The notes below the pieces were generated by a model that was given only the letters and a program-made list of their open reading frames with translations, did not search any database and had not been told where the DNA came from. Shown here one piece after another: positions 1-11,864 of a stretch of 64,000 nt of DNA; the first letter of the stretch is position 1, and each line of letters opens with the position of its first letter. The DNA is taken from NCBI GenBank assembly GCA_964187785.1, contig OZ076417.1:16306001-16370000 (forward strand). Reading direction: 5' to 3'. The DNA is from Amphiscolops sp. MND2022. Its lineage: Eukaryota. The translations under genes and the position numbers were made by a program.

Positions 1-470
1 TCAACGTCATCGAGTTGATCGAATCAACTTCCTTGGCGAAACAGGATTCGGAGGTTGAATTTGTATTGAACACTCATGCCAGTACTGTTCTGGCATTCTG
101 TGGCAGGAACCTTCAAGCGAAAGGCTCCTGAGACCAATCGTGTACGGGAGCAATTTGATGAAGGCCACTTAAGCAAAGTATGGCGCTCCCAAACTGGGAA
201 TGTTTGGCTGTCTATCATTTCATTGTCAAGAATCATAGCTATCTGGCTTCCCGAAAGTTCACCGTAACGGTGGACAATCAGGCTGTGTCCTAGCAGAAAA
301 CGTGCTCCACCGATCAAGCCTCAATTGGTCGATTGATTATGGCACTCGAGAAATACCATCGCTCCAGGAATGAGCATCGTAATGCCGATGGACCCAGTAA
401 ACAAACCAACGAATATCAATGGCGAGAAAATCAGCTCGAACTAATGTAACTTCCTCTCACAGGAGGAATT
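1..470 (+). pseudogene. Degenerate Ty3/Gypsy RNase H fragment
   Basis: Translates with stops and frameshifts to FVLNTHAS...AKYGAPKL...NHSYLASRKFTVTVDNQAVS*QKTCSTDQASIGR. This matches FVLDTDAS...YGAPKLEMY...FHSYLAGREFTLRVDNQALSWL...CSMDQAIIGRW of the minus-strand Gypsy copy at ~57500-57800. Confidence 0.8.
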
Positions 471-699
471 TGACAGACTGCACATTGGTTCGATGCGCAT
501 TGCTGAGTGATACCCAATCACCCCTAACGGCCCGCTTACTTGCGGTACAGTAAACAAGACAACAAAACTGCAGTTTATCGTGGTGCAAAACATCGCAGGC
601 GCCGTCAAGCAGCTGAGAAAAAAAGAGCGGATAACTATTGCCTACTATACCAACATTGTGAAGGGAAGGTAAGACAATCACCTTGGAAATTGATATCCC

Positions 700-2250
700 A
701 AACGAGTTGGTAGTGGTGTCGGAATATTTGCAAAGAAAAGAGAGTAAATTTTAGTTGGTTCTTTGATTCGGGTACTCAGGGGGGTTTTTGAAGGAATTTC
801 GGAAAGAATTTTGAAGTATATCGGCGTGGAACCAATTATGAGGATTGTTTTCAATAGTGCGAAATTGTTCGATATTAGGGATGTCAAAATCAGTTTCTTT
901 TTGAAGAAAAGCTTGTATTGCGGTTGGGGTAAAAACATGTTGAGGCAAGAGATTGTTCTTTTCGGAGAGGATTTTGCAGAAGGTAGTAAAAGCTTGAGCG
1001 ATAGTGATATAAATAGGGATTGGGAATGAGAAGAGGGGGTTGTCAGACATTTTGATTGGCAGTGAGGATTGAACTTTAACCTTAGTCTGTCTAAAAAGAT
1101 ATCAAGATGTGTAGATGGAGTGATAGGATGAAGGTAAACGTAATGAGGGAGTTTATAGAGTATGTGTTGACAATGAAAAAGGAGTTGAGGAGAAAATTAC
1201 TTTAAGGAGAGGTGATCGATGTTCTTTTTAAAAGTTGGAACAGTGCCAATATTGGATTAGCGTTCAAACGGAAAAGGAGCTTAAGTTTTGAAAAGTTAAA
1301 ACTGAAAAGATGAAGTGATTAAAAAGGAAGAGTAGTTATTGTTAAAATGAGAGTGAGGTGAAATGTTAACAACAGGAGTGAAACGGAAACATTTGAGAAC
1401 TGTTGAATGGTATGGAGAAATGGGAGGGATTGGGGATAGTGTATCAATGAGAAAGGGAAGCAACAAAGTTTTCAAGGAGGAGAATTAAAAACAAGCATTG
1501 CATAAAAGTAAGGGGAAAAAGAATGATGGTGGCAAGATACTCAGTTAAGGACATTTTAAGCATTCGTGGAATTATCGGGGAATGAAATTAATCATAAATT
1601 TGTCGACGAGTAAAACGATTGCAAAAAGGCCAATAATATACAACAGAATTGAAAAAACACATATGGAATCATTTAAGGAATGTAATAAAGTGTAGAAAAT
1701 GTGATAAAAGTGTACCAACAGAATCGTTGAACGAAATATTGTTTGGTTAGTACAGAAGAAGGATTTGTACCGACTACGATGTCGAACCAGTTGTGAGATG
1801 ATTAGTACAGAAGAAGGGTTTGTACCGGCAAAAATGCTGAATCACGCGTGGTTATTTGTACAGAAGAACGTGTACAGACAAGTACCAATATAAATCAAAA
1901 GTGCTTTACAGATATAGAATATAGGTATGTCAACATGCTTTCAATACCGAGACATCCTGTTTCTGGCATACTCTAAGAAATATACTTTGAAATTTAATCC
2001 AGAGTTATGTTTACTAAGAATAGTATACCAAATGTTTAGCAAATGTAATCAGAACAGAAACTGGAGTGACAATTGTACATGTGTTACCAAGGTATGTAAA
2101 GTAGGAGTTATGTTGAAGAGCCTGGAGTATGGGCGTTTCTGCTCCCATGTTTACTCTGAGAAATTGTGGTTAGTCTATGCAGTTAAATCTCGAGAAAATT
2201 TGCGAAAGTGGACTGCTAACATTTTTATATCCTCCACCTAGAATGCCGAC
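700..2250 (-). mobile_element. Fragment of the accessory region of an env-type LTR retrotransposon family (related to 10.9-12.7 kb)
   Basis: Mirror-image strand composition. The minus strand has a small hydrophobic ORF ending DKFMINFIPR*, resembling DNFLKHFLPKF* at 11595-11714, followed by other weakly similar segments. End points are approximate. Confidence 0.5.
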
Positions 2251-2947
2251 CATTCCGTTTGGGTATTATAAAACAAGACACAAGGCGGGAACGTTTGTCT
2301 AAAGTCGGCGCTATATCTAAGGCTCTAAAAGCTTTAAAAAGCGTCTGAAAGCGCCTCTAAAACAGTCTATAGCTCAGCAAAAATTTGGAACATAGTTGCA
2401 CAGTGCCAAAAAAAATCAAGGGGGGCTATGGTGTTGTCCGCTTTTGCATCTCACGTTGAAAATGCAATACATGAAAGGGGACATCATGCATTAACATAGA
2501 TGCGTTTCCGTTTGGCGGTCTAATAGTTTAGTCAATTGTCCAGTAGTCAGTTCCGGAAAAAAGTGTCCACTACGCTTAGATTTCGTTGTCGGACGAAAAA
2601 AAAACCCTCAACTGTATTAGTCGAGCTCATTGTCTACTAAGGATAGTGTGACAATCATGACAGATGGAGTTAAAAAATTGACAAAAAAGAATGAGAGAAG
2701 TGTTAAATTTCACGAGTATTGCCGAGAGATTACACTGATGATCCGAGAAAATTTGAAGAGCAGAGAATGGTTGACTCGACAAAATGTGGATCCAAAAATG
2801 TATTTCGATTAGTAGAGAAAAATGTCTATCGACGGAATTGCCGAACTGCATCGTTCAGGTTGAAAAAGTCTTCCGTTGTTAAGATATTGAACCAAAAAGT
2901 AGAGAAGTTAATGGAAAGGTGAAGAAAATGCGGAATGATAAAAGGAC

Positions 2948-4371
2948 CCGGATCCAAATTCATAAGGCTTCCATGTTATTGGTGTAATTTTTGTAGCGCT
3001 AGCATTACTAGTGATCGAGAAATCTTAGCTGCAGTTTTGCTCGAAAATTGTATGAAAATGTCGAAAATATCGAATTTTAGTTGAGCATAGTGCAGATATC
3101 CTAGTACTTAAATTCTTGCATTTTCGCATACGTGGTACTAAACTCCGACGATTTCTGCAATTTGAGCAGCCGGCTGCCAGCCAAAGCTGAGAAATTGACT
3201 TTTTTGTGATTTTTGACCCGAAAAAGTGGTACCGCAGGTACATCAAGGTTTTGTCACCTCGAATCGCCAGATATTGATTCAGGCTCCTCGCCGCCGTGTA
3301 TTTCGGATGTGGGGGTATAAGGTACGCTCGCACACAAAGTTTTAGGTAGCTAGGACGCCTAGAAGGCGAGTTTGACTACTTTTTTTTGAAAATTTCTCAA
3401 CATAGAAGATTTTTTTTACTACAACATCGTTAAGTGACCGCATTTTACATGGAGTCAATTTTGACGCAAGCCGAGGTTAATTCCTCACAATTCAGCCAGT
3501 ATAGTAGACGGTGTGGAATTTTCAGGTCGCTGGCAGCGCTAGAAGTGATTTCCACCTTCGCCGGAGGTGCATGTTGACAAAAAAATGTTTTCTGAAATTT
3601 TGCGAAAAATCACATAGTTTTTGTCAGTGTACGTGCTATATTCCCCCGAATAAAGTTGTTACACCTTCCCACACTACTATTAAAACCATTCTGAACGCCC
3701 AAGAACTGAGAAATAAATTGTTCTTGGTGGAAACACGTATTTTCAGTACTGTTTCGAGGGTGTAAAAAGTGCATTCTGAAAATTTTTTGAGAGACCTAAT
3801 TTGGAACCAGCCAGGTTTCGCTTGCCTCTTTTCTGTTATTATAGAGTATAACGTTGCCAACGCAGAGAACCGCGAGTGATTCCAACCGATCTTTCAAGTC
3901 TCACTTGCGGAGTGACTCCAAAATTTCAGTATAACGACTTCGGTTTTCAGCTTTTGCAAACTATGGTTGCAGTTTGGAACCGAGTCCGACATTTTCGGAT
4001 GTGATTTCCGTTTTTTCTTGGACCTTGTTCCAGTGGTTCATTCAGTAACTTCAGATCTTATTCTAGAGGTTCTTCCTGTTGTTTTAGATCTTATTTTAAT
4101 GTTTTCGATATTTTTAGATGTCATTATTGTGGTTTCCTTCGTTTTCCATATGATTCAATCCGATTTCACGTTTTCACGATTTCACAATTATATAATTCCA
4201 TAGGATTCCATGCATGGAATTATATGATTCCATACGATTCCATGCATGGAACCATATGATTCCATGCGATTCCATGCATGGAAACGGCATGAAATTATTA
4301 TGAAATTATTGTATGGAACCATATGGTGCCATGTATGGAATCGCATGGAAGTCGAATGACTTTGGATCCGG
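2948..4371. mobile_element. Putative non-autonomous TIR DNA transposon, probably with a nested insertion
   Basis: Imperfect 28-bp inverted repeats: CCGGATCCAAATTCATAAGGCTTCCATG (2948-2975) and the reverse complement of 4344-4371 (CCGGATCCAAAGTCATTCGACTTCCATG). No TSD recognised. Confidence 0.5.
4195..4350. repeat. Palindromic minisatellite, 32-bp period
   Basis: The perfect palindrome TTCCATGCATGGAA occurs at 4206, 4238 and 4270, followed by inverted degenerate copies at ~4310-4350. Confidence 0.9.
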
Positions 4372-6133
4372 AAAAGAAATCCGTTCGTAGATGGTCACGT
4401 TGAATCTCTCTTCTGATGTGGTTATAAATCATTTTGTTAGTAGGCTATAGACTATATCAATGCAGAAAACAATTCATCGGTCAATACGAGGGATTATAAG
4501 CTGAGACTACTTTACAGTGTTACGACTGGTTATCTAGATGGTCGCATCAGTACATGTGCTCCAAATTGCATATGGGGCGAGAAGAAATCTACATCAAAAT
4601 TGTACGTTGACCTAGCGTTGCTGGAATAAACAAATTTTGAAAATTTTAGTCCTAATCAGTTTTTGACGTGAGGTTTCCCTTATGCGTATTCATTATTCAA
4701 TCCCACTGCTGAATCTTCTATTTACAAGGTGTTGACGTAATTTCTTTTTTACCCGTACAAAACCAAAAGAAGCCAAAAAGTGTACAAAAAATTGAAACTA
4801 CACCATCTCGGGAATATCAGCATTCAACCACTCTCTCAAATGTCTGTGGTTCCCATGTGTCAACAAAGGAGCCGATTTTGACGTTTTTAATATCCATGTT
4901 ATAATTGCTCCCCAGACTAAAAACACTCCAGAAACTTCAAATTTTGACTTGTCATTGAATTTGGTTACAGGGGCCGAAGCTGACTGAGGGAACAGGAACC
5001 ACCATTAGCGTCAGCTGGTAAAAGTCAACAATTGAATAAGTAGTTTGACATGCTTCGTAACTTTGGCTGAGAAAGGATACTCAAAAACAAAAAAGTCCCA
5101 CGAACCTCAATATGAATAAATCAAAGAACAACATGGTGCAGCATGAAACTGATGATAGTCACCCACTCGCCAACTCGGGGAAAGAATATGTGATTTTAAT
5201 ATTTGAGGCTATCTTGAAATTGTTTCTTGAATTTGAATCCCGGTTAGATCTAACGTGTAATTCACTCAGTTTTTCTACAAAACAAAACCAGATACCATTA
5301 AAAACATTCTATGACTATTCTCATCATTTGCTAACATTTGTGTGCTTAATTTGTGCTACATTCATGCTTTTAGAAGGATCAATTTATGACCCTCTTGCTT
5401 TTCTTTACGGTCCTTGAAAGACTGCCATCAATTTAATGATAGTTTGTATGACCCTTGTATAGCTTTCATAATTTCTATGGAAAGTTAAATGATAAATGTA
5501 TAAGACTTTCATGTTTCCATATATGATCCTAGTGTGACTTCCATAAGTCCCATCAAACATTATAATTGGAGGACAGGTTTTGTTTTTCAAAAACCATTTC
5601 CAAAAACAATGGCGATCGGCTGAAACAAAAATATGAAAGACATACACATTGCCCAGTGACACGAATCTTGGTAGCCTTGCCAAGATCTTGGAAAAACATG
5701 GAAACGCATGGTAGGCTTACCAAGACGCATGGAAAAACATGATGCATGCTACGCTTGGTAAGATCTTGGCAAGATCTTGGCAAGATCTTGACAAGCGTTC
5801 CATGTGGAAATGCTTGCCAAGATCATGGCAAGATCTTATCAAGATCTTGGCAAGCAAATGATATGAAGATCTCTTCTTCAGAAAAACTGAAAAAAACTTG
5901 TTTAACCCAATCTAATTGTCATTACATTTAGAAGAATTATGTTGCGCATATCAAATATGATGGCAACATCTTAACAAGGCTAGAAGAACTAATTCTAAGT
6001 CAAAAAACGCAGTTTACGATCTACTCTAGGTATCGTTACACCTTGAACCAAAGTCAATATGAATTAAGGATGTACCTAGAACGTTCCTAGAAACAAATCA
6101 GAGAGGGGAAGCTATAATTATCGCAAAGTTATT

Positions 6134-7517
6134 GGAACATTCAAGTTTTTTCCAGATCAACACTACTGTTTTCGAGTATCGCAATTTTTGTTTTTTACGT
6201 AGTTTTTCATGTTTCATGTTTTGAAATGTTTCCAGGTACATGCGACAACTTCAGCATTGTCCCCTGTAGTGCTTGAACTGCTCAGATCTCGAAGACTGCC
6301 ATCATAACTCAACTCAACACAATTGTTTTTCGGGCTCTTGCAGATACTCTTCCATGTCGGGCGATGTTCGAGTTAAAAATGACAGTTTCGTTTGCATGCC
6401 TTTAGTATATGCTTGATATACATTCTGAGTGGCTGTTTTGGCGTGCTGTGAGAGTTTCGAAATGGTTTCGAAAGTTTCGAAATGAGAGTTTCTTTGCGCG
6501 CTCTGACGCTATTTTTGTTTTGGGATTGTGACAAGCAGATGCGCTGCCGATGATCGATCCGGGTACTCGATGGCCTTCCAAGATGTTAAAATCTTTATGC
6601 TGGAAAATTTCCGTGGCGTTTTCAATAGGATTCTTTTTTGCTATAATGTGGCACTTAGTAATGTGGTATTCAAACGCTGGGCCGTGTTCAGCTAGAGTTT
6701 CGTGGAGTCGATGTAGATCTTTCAGTATCCTTACGGCGTTTCCGTCGTCGGCGTACCACTTCTGGACTCTATCGGTGTTCTCTAGTAACTTCACAAGTGG
6801 CAAAATGGCAATTCCACGCGTTGCCTTTGCAACAGGATCACCTTGAGTTGTGCCTTCTTGTGAAAGAATCACTTTACCCCTGACAAAAAGAGAGCAAGGC
6901 GATGCATAAGAATTTTTCAGAGGAATGAGAAGAGATGGACATACGACCTTTATGTTTTTCAGTACTAATTTTCTATTCAAACTATTGAATACCTTTGTGG
7001 CGTCAATTAGGAGCATTCCTTCCTATGTTATGCAGCCTCGTCGCCTGTGGTGATTGGACTTCTCGGATCTCAGCGTCTTTCAGCAGTACTCATTATTTGT
7101 TGGATGGTAAGTTTCTCTCTTGTTTTTGAAGACGTTTTTTTGTAAATTGCGTTCCTGCCCAATGGAACCCGTAGGCCTGGCAGAGTCTTTGAAACCTTTG
7201 ACTAGTTCGATTTTTTTCGTTTGCAAGTTTTTCATTGTTCTCTTTTGCTTTCTTTTCATTTCGAATGATTTGCTTCTCCACTTCGTAGAAAATTTGGAAA
7301 ATGTGTTCCTAACTTGAGAAAAATGTACTTCGCAACGCTAGAGCGGAACATTCAAGCTTTTTCCAGATCAACAACTACTCTTTTCGAGTATCGCATTTTT
7401 TTATGTAGTTCTTCACAATTCATGTTTTGAAATGTTTCCAGGTACATGCGACAACTTCAGCATCGTCCCCTGTAGTGCTTGAACTGCTCAGATCTCGAAG
7501 ACTGCCATCAGAACTCA
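6134..7517 (+). repeat. ~175-bp direct repeat pair (6134-6311 and 7345-7517) flanking the RT fragment
   Basis: GGAACATTCAAG...TTCCAGGTACATGCGACAACTTCAGCAT.GTCCCCTGTAGTGCTTGAACTGCTCAGATCTCGAAGACTGCCATCA.AACTCA is present twice with few differences. Confidence 0.9.
6402..7016 (-). pseudogene. Non-LTR retrotransposon reverse transcriptase fragment (CRE-clade-like)
   Basis: LLIDATKVFNSLNR, SQEGTTQGDP, QKWYADDGNA (YADD catalytic motif) and HGPAFEY..TKC. These motifs are typical of CRE-type RTs in marine invertebrates. Confidence 0.85.
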
Positions 7518-8343
7518 TTCTTTGTTTAATGGATAATATATCTCCAGCTTTCGAAGTTTTGCAAATTGTGTTGCTGTCCGTGGAAGAAACAAACTCCATT
7601 TGTCAAACTTTCGCATGATTTTCCAATTTTCTTTGGTGCTGCAACTACAATACTTACTGTTATAATATTTGAAAATCGAAACAATTAAATTTTGGTTATT
7701 CCAGTTTTCGAAAATATTCAATATAAAATCTCAAATGGCTCAAAAACACACGTAGAACGTATTAAGCTTTGCAAGTTACAACGAAAATCTTGGAATGCTT
7801 TGCAAAATGCATGAAAAAATCCTGGTTGGATTGGCAAGATGGATAGAAAAATCTTGGTATGCTTGGCAAGACACATGGAAAAGCTTGGTAAGATACATGG
7901 AAAATCTTGGTACGCTTGGTAAGACGCATGGTCAGCCTTGCCATGATCTTGCATGATCATGGTAGCCTTGGTAAGATCTTGGCAAGATCTTGCCAAGATC
8001 TTGGCAAGCATACCCATGCATCTTGGCAAGCGTGCCAAGATTCGTGTCACTGGGTGAAGAGCTTTGTTTACGCAAACGGTACAAACGGATGGATACGTTT
8101 TTATCCCGAGCATAAACGCTTTTGTATCAGTAACACACCCGTTTCAGAGAATATCGTGTTTCATTCCAGATCAATCGTGATTAAATTGCCTCAAGTCGCC
8201 AGAATTTTATGGTTGTGATGATGTCGTTACGTTTTATATAGAAAAATATACATTGGTTTAAGAGCAGTCAAGAAATTTGCCATTTAGGGAATCTTTAATC
8301 CACAAAGCGATATTATGATGGAAAACATCCATTCAATTGAATT

Positions 8344-8892
8344 CCCTGATTGGAACTGCTTGAACTTTTTACATGTTTTTGTAGATTACCAAGCTAATTT
8401 TCCATGCTTTTATAAAATTCTCAAAGAAATGTCCAGGCAATAAAACTTCACTGATTCGATTTAATTTTATCAAGCTGCATAAAACATGCATCCTAAATTT
8501 GGCGGCAATTTTGCGCCACAAACTTTTACAGGTTTCATTAAGACGCTGTTCTAATTTTGAAAGCAGCTGAGACCGTTATAACTTTTACCGCGCTTTCAAT
8601 GCAAATAAACTTCAGTCACATTATAAGTTTCAAAGTAGCGTCATATTCAGCGTGCTGCTTAACTAATGGTGATTACATAAGGTACTTAATTGAGAAACTT
8701 ACGCGTGAAAAGAAAGTGATCGCAGCGTTGAAGAAGTGGAAATGTTTTCAGTTTTAACTCAAATAGTGAAAGCTGCATTGTAATTCTACAAAATGTTTCC
8801 ATGAATGGTCCCGGATTTTTCCATGTTTTGTAAAAAATTAGCCTGCAAGTTTCCATGCAGCATGTAAAAAGTTCAAGCAGTCTCGACTAGGG
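8344..8892. mobile_element. ~550-bp MITE-like element
   Basis: Inverted repeats CCCT...ACTGCTTGAACTTTTTACATG (8344-8375) and CATGTAAAAAGTTCAAGCAGT...AGGG (8861-8892), with a 21-bp perfect core. No clear TSD. Confidence 0.65.
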
Positions 8893-8999
8893 ATATGGTC
8901 ATTTTTTGATTTAAATGTTTTGCTCATGTAAGTGCATTGTTTGACTGAACTGATTCCATGTATATTCATGTTATGAAGTTTCATGAGCGAGCATTTGTA

Positions 9000-10400
9000 T
9001 CTAGTAAGTTGGTTTTTAAAACTAATATTATTTAATAAAATTTATTTTTTTTACTTCTGTAAAATTAATGGGTAATACATGCATAACATTGGACAAGTTC
9101 ATTTGATATTCAGTTTCTGTTGATCATTCACTGTCACATTCACTCGTAACGAGTAACAAACGATTCAATGCTCTGATTCAACCCTAAGAGTTATCTCCTG
9201 TCGTTTCAAAATTCTTTTCATTTTTTAGTGCGTCAAGGTATTTTTTGAGTTTGTTTTCGATGAGCCAAATAGAAGAATTTTTCTCCTCGTAGTGTAAGAT
9301 AAGGCGAGTATATTATCTTTAGCGAACTAAAAACTATTATAAACATAAAATTAGCTTCAAATGAACAAAAAATACAGTTTAGGTAGATCAAAAATTTTGG
9401 ATTTTCTGGAATTTTTTCCTTTTCATTTGGTGAATAGAGTTATACATCTCAATTTTGAAGGAATTTCAAAAAGGGTGCAGGGCACAAATGTGGCTAGACA
9501 AAAGTCGATAATGTCCGCTCTTTACTCAGGCACGCTATTTTGTTTGAAAATGGTCTTTTCAAAGAGGTCGATGACAAACTCCTCAAAGCCGTCGTCAGAT
9601 AAATAACGTCGTGAACTCTCGAGATCTTTGAGGGCTTCGTTGGAAATCTTGTGTGATCAGTGCTAGAAGCTAGTATGGAACCCACTTCTTCATTTTTGAG
9701 CTGTCAAACAATGTGTCCAAGTTTACCGGACAGTCCTTGATTGTCTTCCGATATAGCAGATGTCATTTCTAAGAGCCGCAAGAGCGGTTCCAGTGTCAGA
9801 ACTGGCAGCAATCATTGTATTCTCACAACTCGCGTTTTCGTTAAAGTACTTGTTTCTGGATTGAGAAGGTTACGTTATTTTATATTATTTCAGAACCGGG
9901 ATGTGAGATACTTTAAGAAGACTATAACAGAGCTTCAATTACTAGGTCTTTAGAAAACGATGACAACTTGATGGTGAAGACTTTCTTTGAGTTGTGAACG
10001 GTTATACATCAGATTATTGCGTTACAGTATAAAGTATGGTACTGAATAACAATTAGGTACATTAGAGTTCGAGATACATAATTCAAGTCTAGACATTCAT
10101 ATAAAGAGTGGGGGTGATGATTGAATAAAAGAGTATAGGTAAATCATCCGACCGGGTTTTAAAAAATTACTTTGTACAAAATGAGTTATTATGAAGAGGG
10201 GTCAATAAAATGTACGAGTGCATGTCTGAGTTCAATTTATTAAATTTGAGTTGGTTGTATTATGATGAAAGAGTTGGTTTTAAAATTTTGAAGACTTAGA
10301 GAGGATGTGAAAAGGTATTTTGTGAGGTTTTTAATTTGAATTCAACACTAGGTTTTTTGTCGAGTTTTCATCAAATTAGGCATAATCATTCTTTCGTTAC
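9000..10400 (-). mobile_element. Inverted fragment of the 3' accessory region of a related env-type LTR element
   Basis: The minus strand gives FEANF...KDNI, weakly similar to FDASFVLNYSFTTKDNFF on the plus strand at ~19110-19150. Strand composition is reversed relative to 18.7-20.5 kb. Confidence 0.4.
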
Positions 10401-10450
10401 GTGAGTTTCGGCAAATATGCAATTTTTAGCTTGAGAAAAAATAAGAGAAC

Positions 10451-10897
10451 TGTGATGCCGTGATGCATGTCCTCAAGAACTTTAAAATATTTATCTAACA
10501 TTGACAGTCGCCCACTTTTATAAAGACAGATGTTACTCCATTTTGAAGTTGATTAAAGTGTTGACACCCGGATAACTTCATTAATAACTGATGAACATTT
10601 TGGGATAACTTGATCAGTAACCCATCTTATTGTTGTCACTTTAGATAGATTAGCATGACAATTTGATTATTATAATCATTGATGAAATTGTAGAATATAT
10701 CTACTCAGATAAAATGGAATATGATCTGAAGAACAGTCTTATGTAGAAAAAAAACCTAACTGAGATCTCAGAGTTATTTGAAGATAGCTAGCCAGTCAGT
10801 TAACTTAAGACCTCAGACGAATTTGATGTTAAGAATTTTCGAGTTCTTATGTGCTCGATAAAAGAATTAAGAACAACAACAACACTAATTTTTAACA
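10451..10897 (+). repeat. LTR copy 1 (TG...CA)
   Basis: Begins TGTGATGCC, ends TTTAACA and aligns along its length with 20665-21116. It is preceded by the purine-rich GAGAAAAAATAAGAGAAC (PPT-like). Confidence 0.85.
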
Positions 10898-11594
10898 GCC
10901 CAATTGATGCAATCACAAAAATTCTATTTTCTCTCCCTCTAGTACCAAAACTTCACTCTTCTTGTACATCTTTTCTCAACTTTCTGATCAGAATCTCTTT
11001 GTTCGACACACCGTCTCTCCTCCTCTCTTTATCATCTACCGTTATTAATTCAACGTTGCAACCAATTTCTTCCGAAATTGATTCTTGTTGCTATGGTTCT
11101 GACTGCGTCACTAAACGTAATTCCTGTCAGTTGAAATTCTCTGGTTTTGACTGCGTCATCAAGCGTAAGTCCTGTCAGTTCCAACCACCACTGTGTGAAT
11201 TCGTGTTCGTATTTTCTTTTCTTCTTTCCGTTCCAACCGCAGACGTGCCATACGTGTTGGTCTTTCTACAGTGCTTTCCAGCAATTCCTGCTAGTAAAAA
11301 CACTTTGGTTCTTCCCGCTTGGATCAACTTTAAAGTTGGCACACCTACAAAACACAACACTAATCCTACATCACCTCATTTTGATACAAATCAACTCTTC
11401 CAAACTTTTCAGTACATAACAACTATAAAACTTTTTCAGAGCAAGTTTAAGGGATCCAAATATTTTACACCAATATTTATTTAACAACTAAACTACATAA
11501 CTTTCAAATCCTAAATAACCTATTAAACAAATTTCATTTTAATACCTTTTATATCACAACTTTTGGAACAAAAATTTTCACCTCATATATAAAA

Positions 11595-11714
11595 ATGCTT
11601 TCTGCTGATGATATAGTACGATTCGTTGTATGCCTTTGGTTCTCGTTTGCACTCCTTGCCGGTCTTGCTCTTTTCTCTGACAACTTTTTAAAACACTTCC
11701 TACCTAAATTCTAA
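11595..11714 (+). CDS. 39-aa single-TM small hydrophobic protein
   Basis: ATG to TAA: MLSADDIVRFVVCLWFSFALLAGLALFSDNFLKHFLPKF. A homolog-like ORF lies on the minus strand at ~1583-1700. Confidence 0.45.
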   Translation: MLSADDIVRFVVCLWFSFALLAGLALFSDNFLKHFLPKF

Positions 11715-11735
11715 TATATAACTTTCTCCTTCTTT

Positions 11736-11864
11736 ATGTTTACAAGTATAGTACTAACTCTTTTTGGCCTACTTAGTATCTACCATACCTTTTGTACACT
11801 TATTATATATATTCCTAACCTTTTCCTTCTCATCCTTTGTACAGTACTTGCATTATACCTCTAA
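11736..11864 (+). CDS. 42-aa hydrophobic (two-TM-like) small protein
   Basis: ATG to TAA: MFTSIVLTLFGLLSIYHTFCTLIIYIPNLFLLILCTVLALYL. Confidence 0.35.
   Translation: MFTSIVLTLFGLLSIYHTFCTLIIYIPNLFLLILCTVLALYL

Larger units (their letters stand above)
5652..8054. mobile_element. Non-autonomous DNA transposon (CMC/EnSpm-like) with captured internal sequence
   Basis: Perfect 20-bp TIRs CCCAGTGACACGAATCTTGG (5652-5671) and CCAAGATTCGTGTCACTGGG (8035-8054). 2-bp TSD TG at 5650-5651 and 8055-8056. Subterminal arrays of the palindrome CAAGATCTTG at both ends. No transposase inside. Superfamily is inferred from the CCC ends and 2-bp TSD. Confidence 0.9.

Noticed and set aside
2300-2940. Possible DNA transposon (hAT/Tc1) fragment
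   Set aside because: Short ORFs show no catalytic motif, and no paired TIR was found.
10849-11484. 211-aa ORF
   Set aside because: It starts inside the LTR at a non-ATG codon and is low complexity; it may include part of a real accessory ORF but cannot be assigned.
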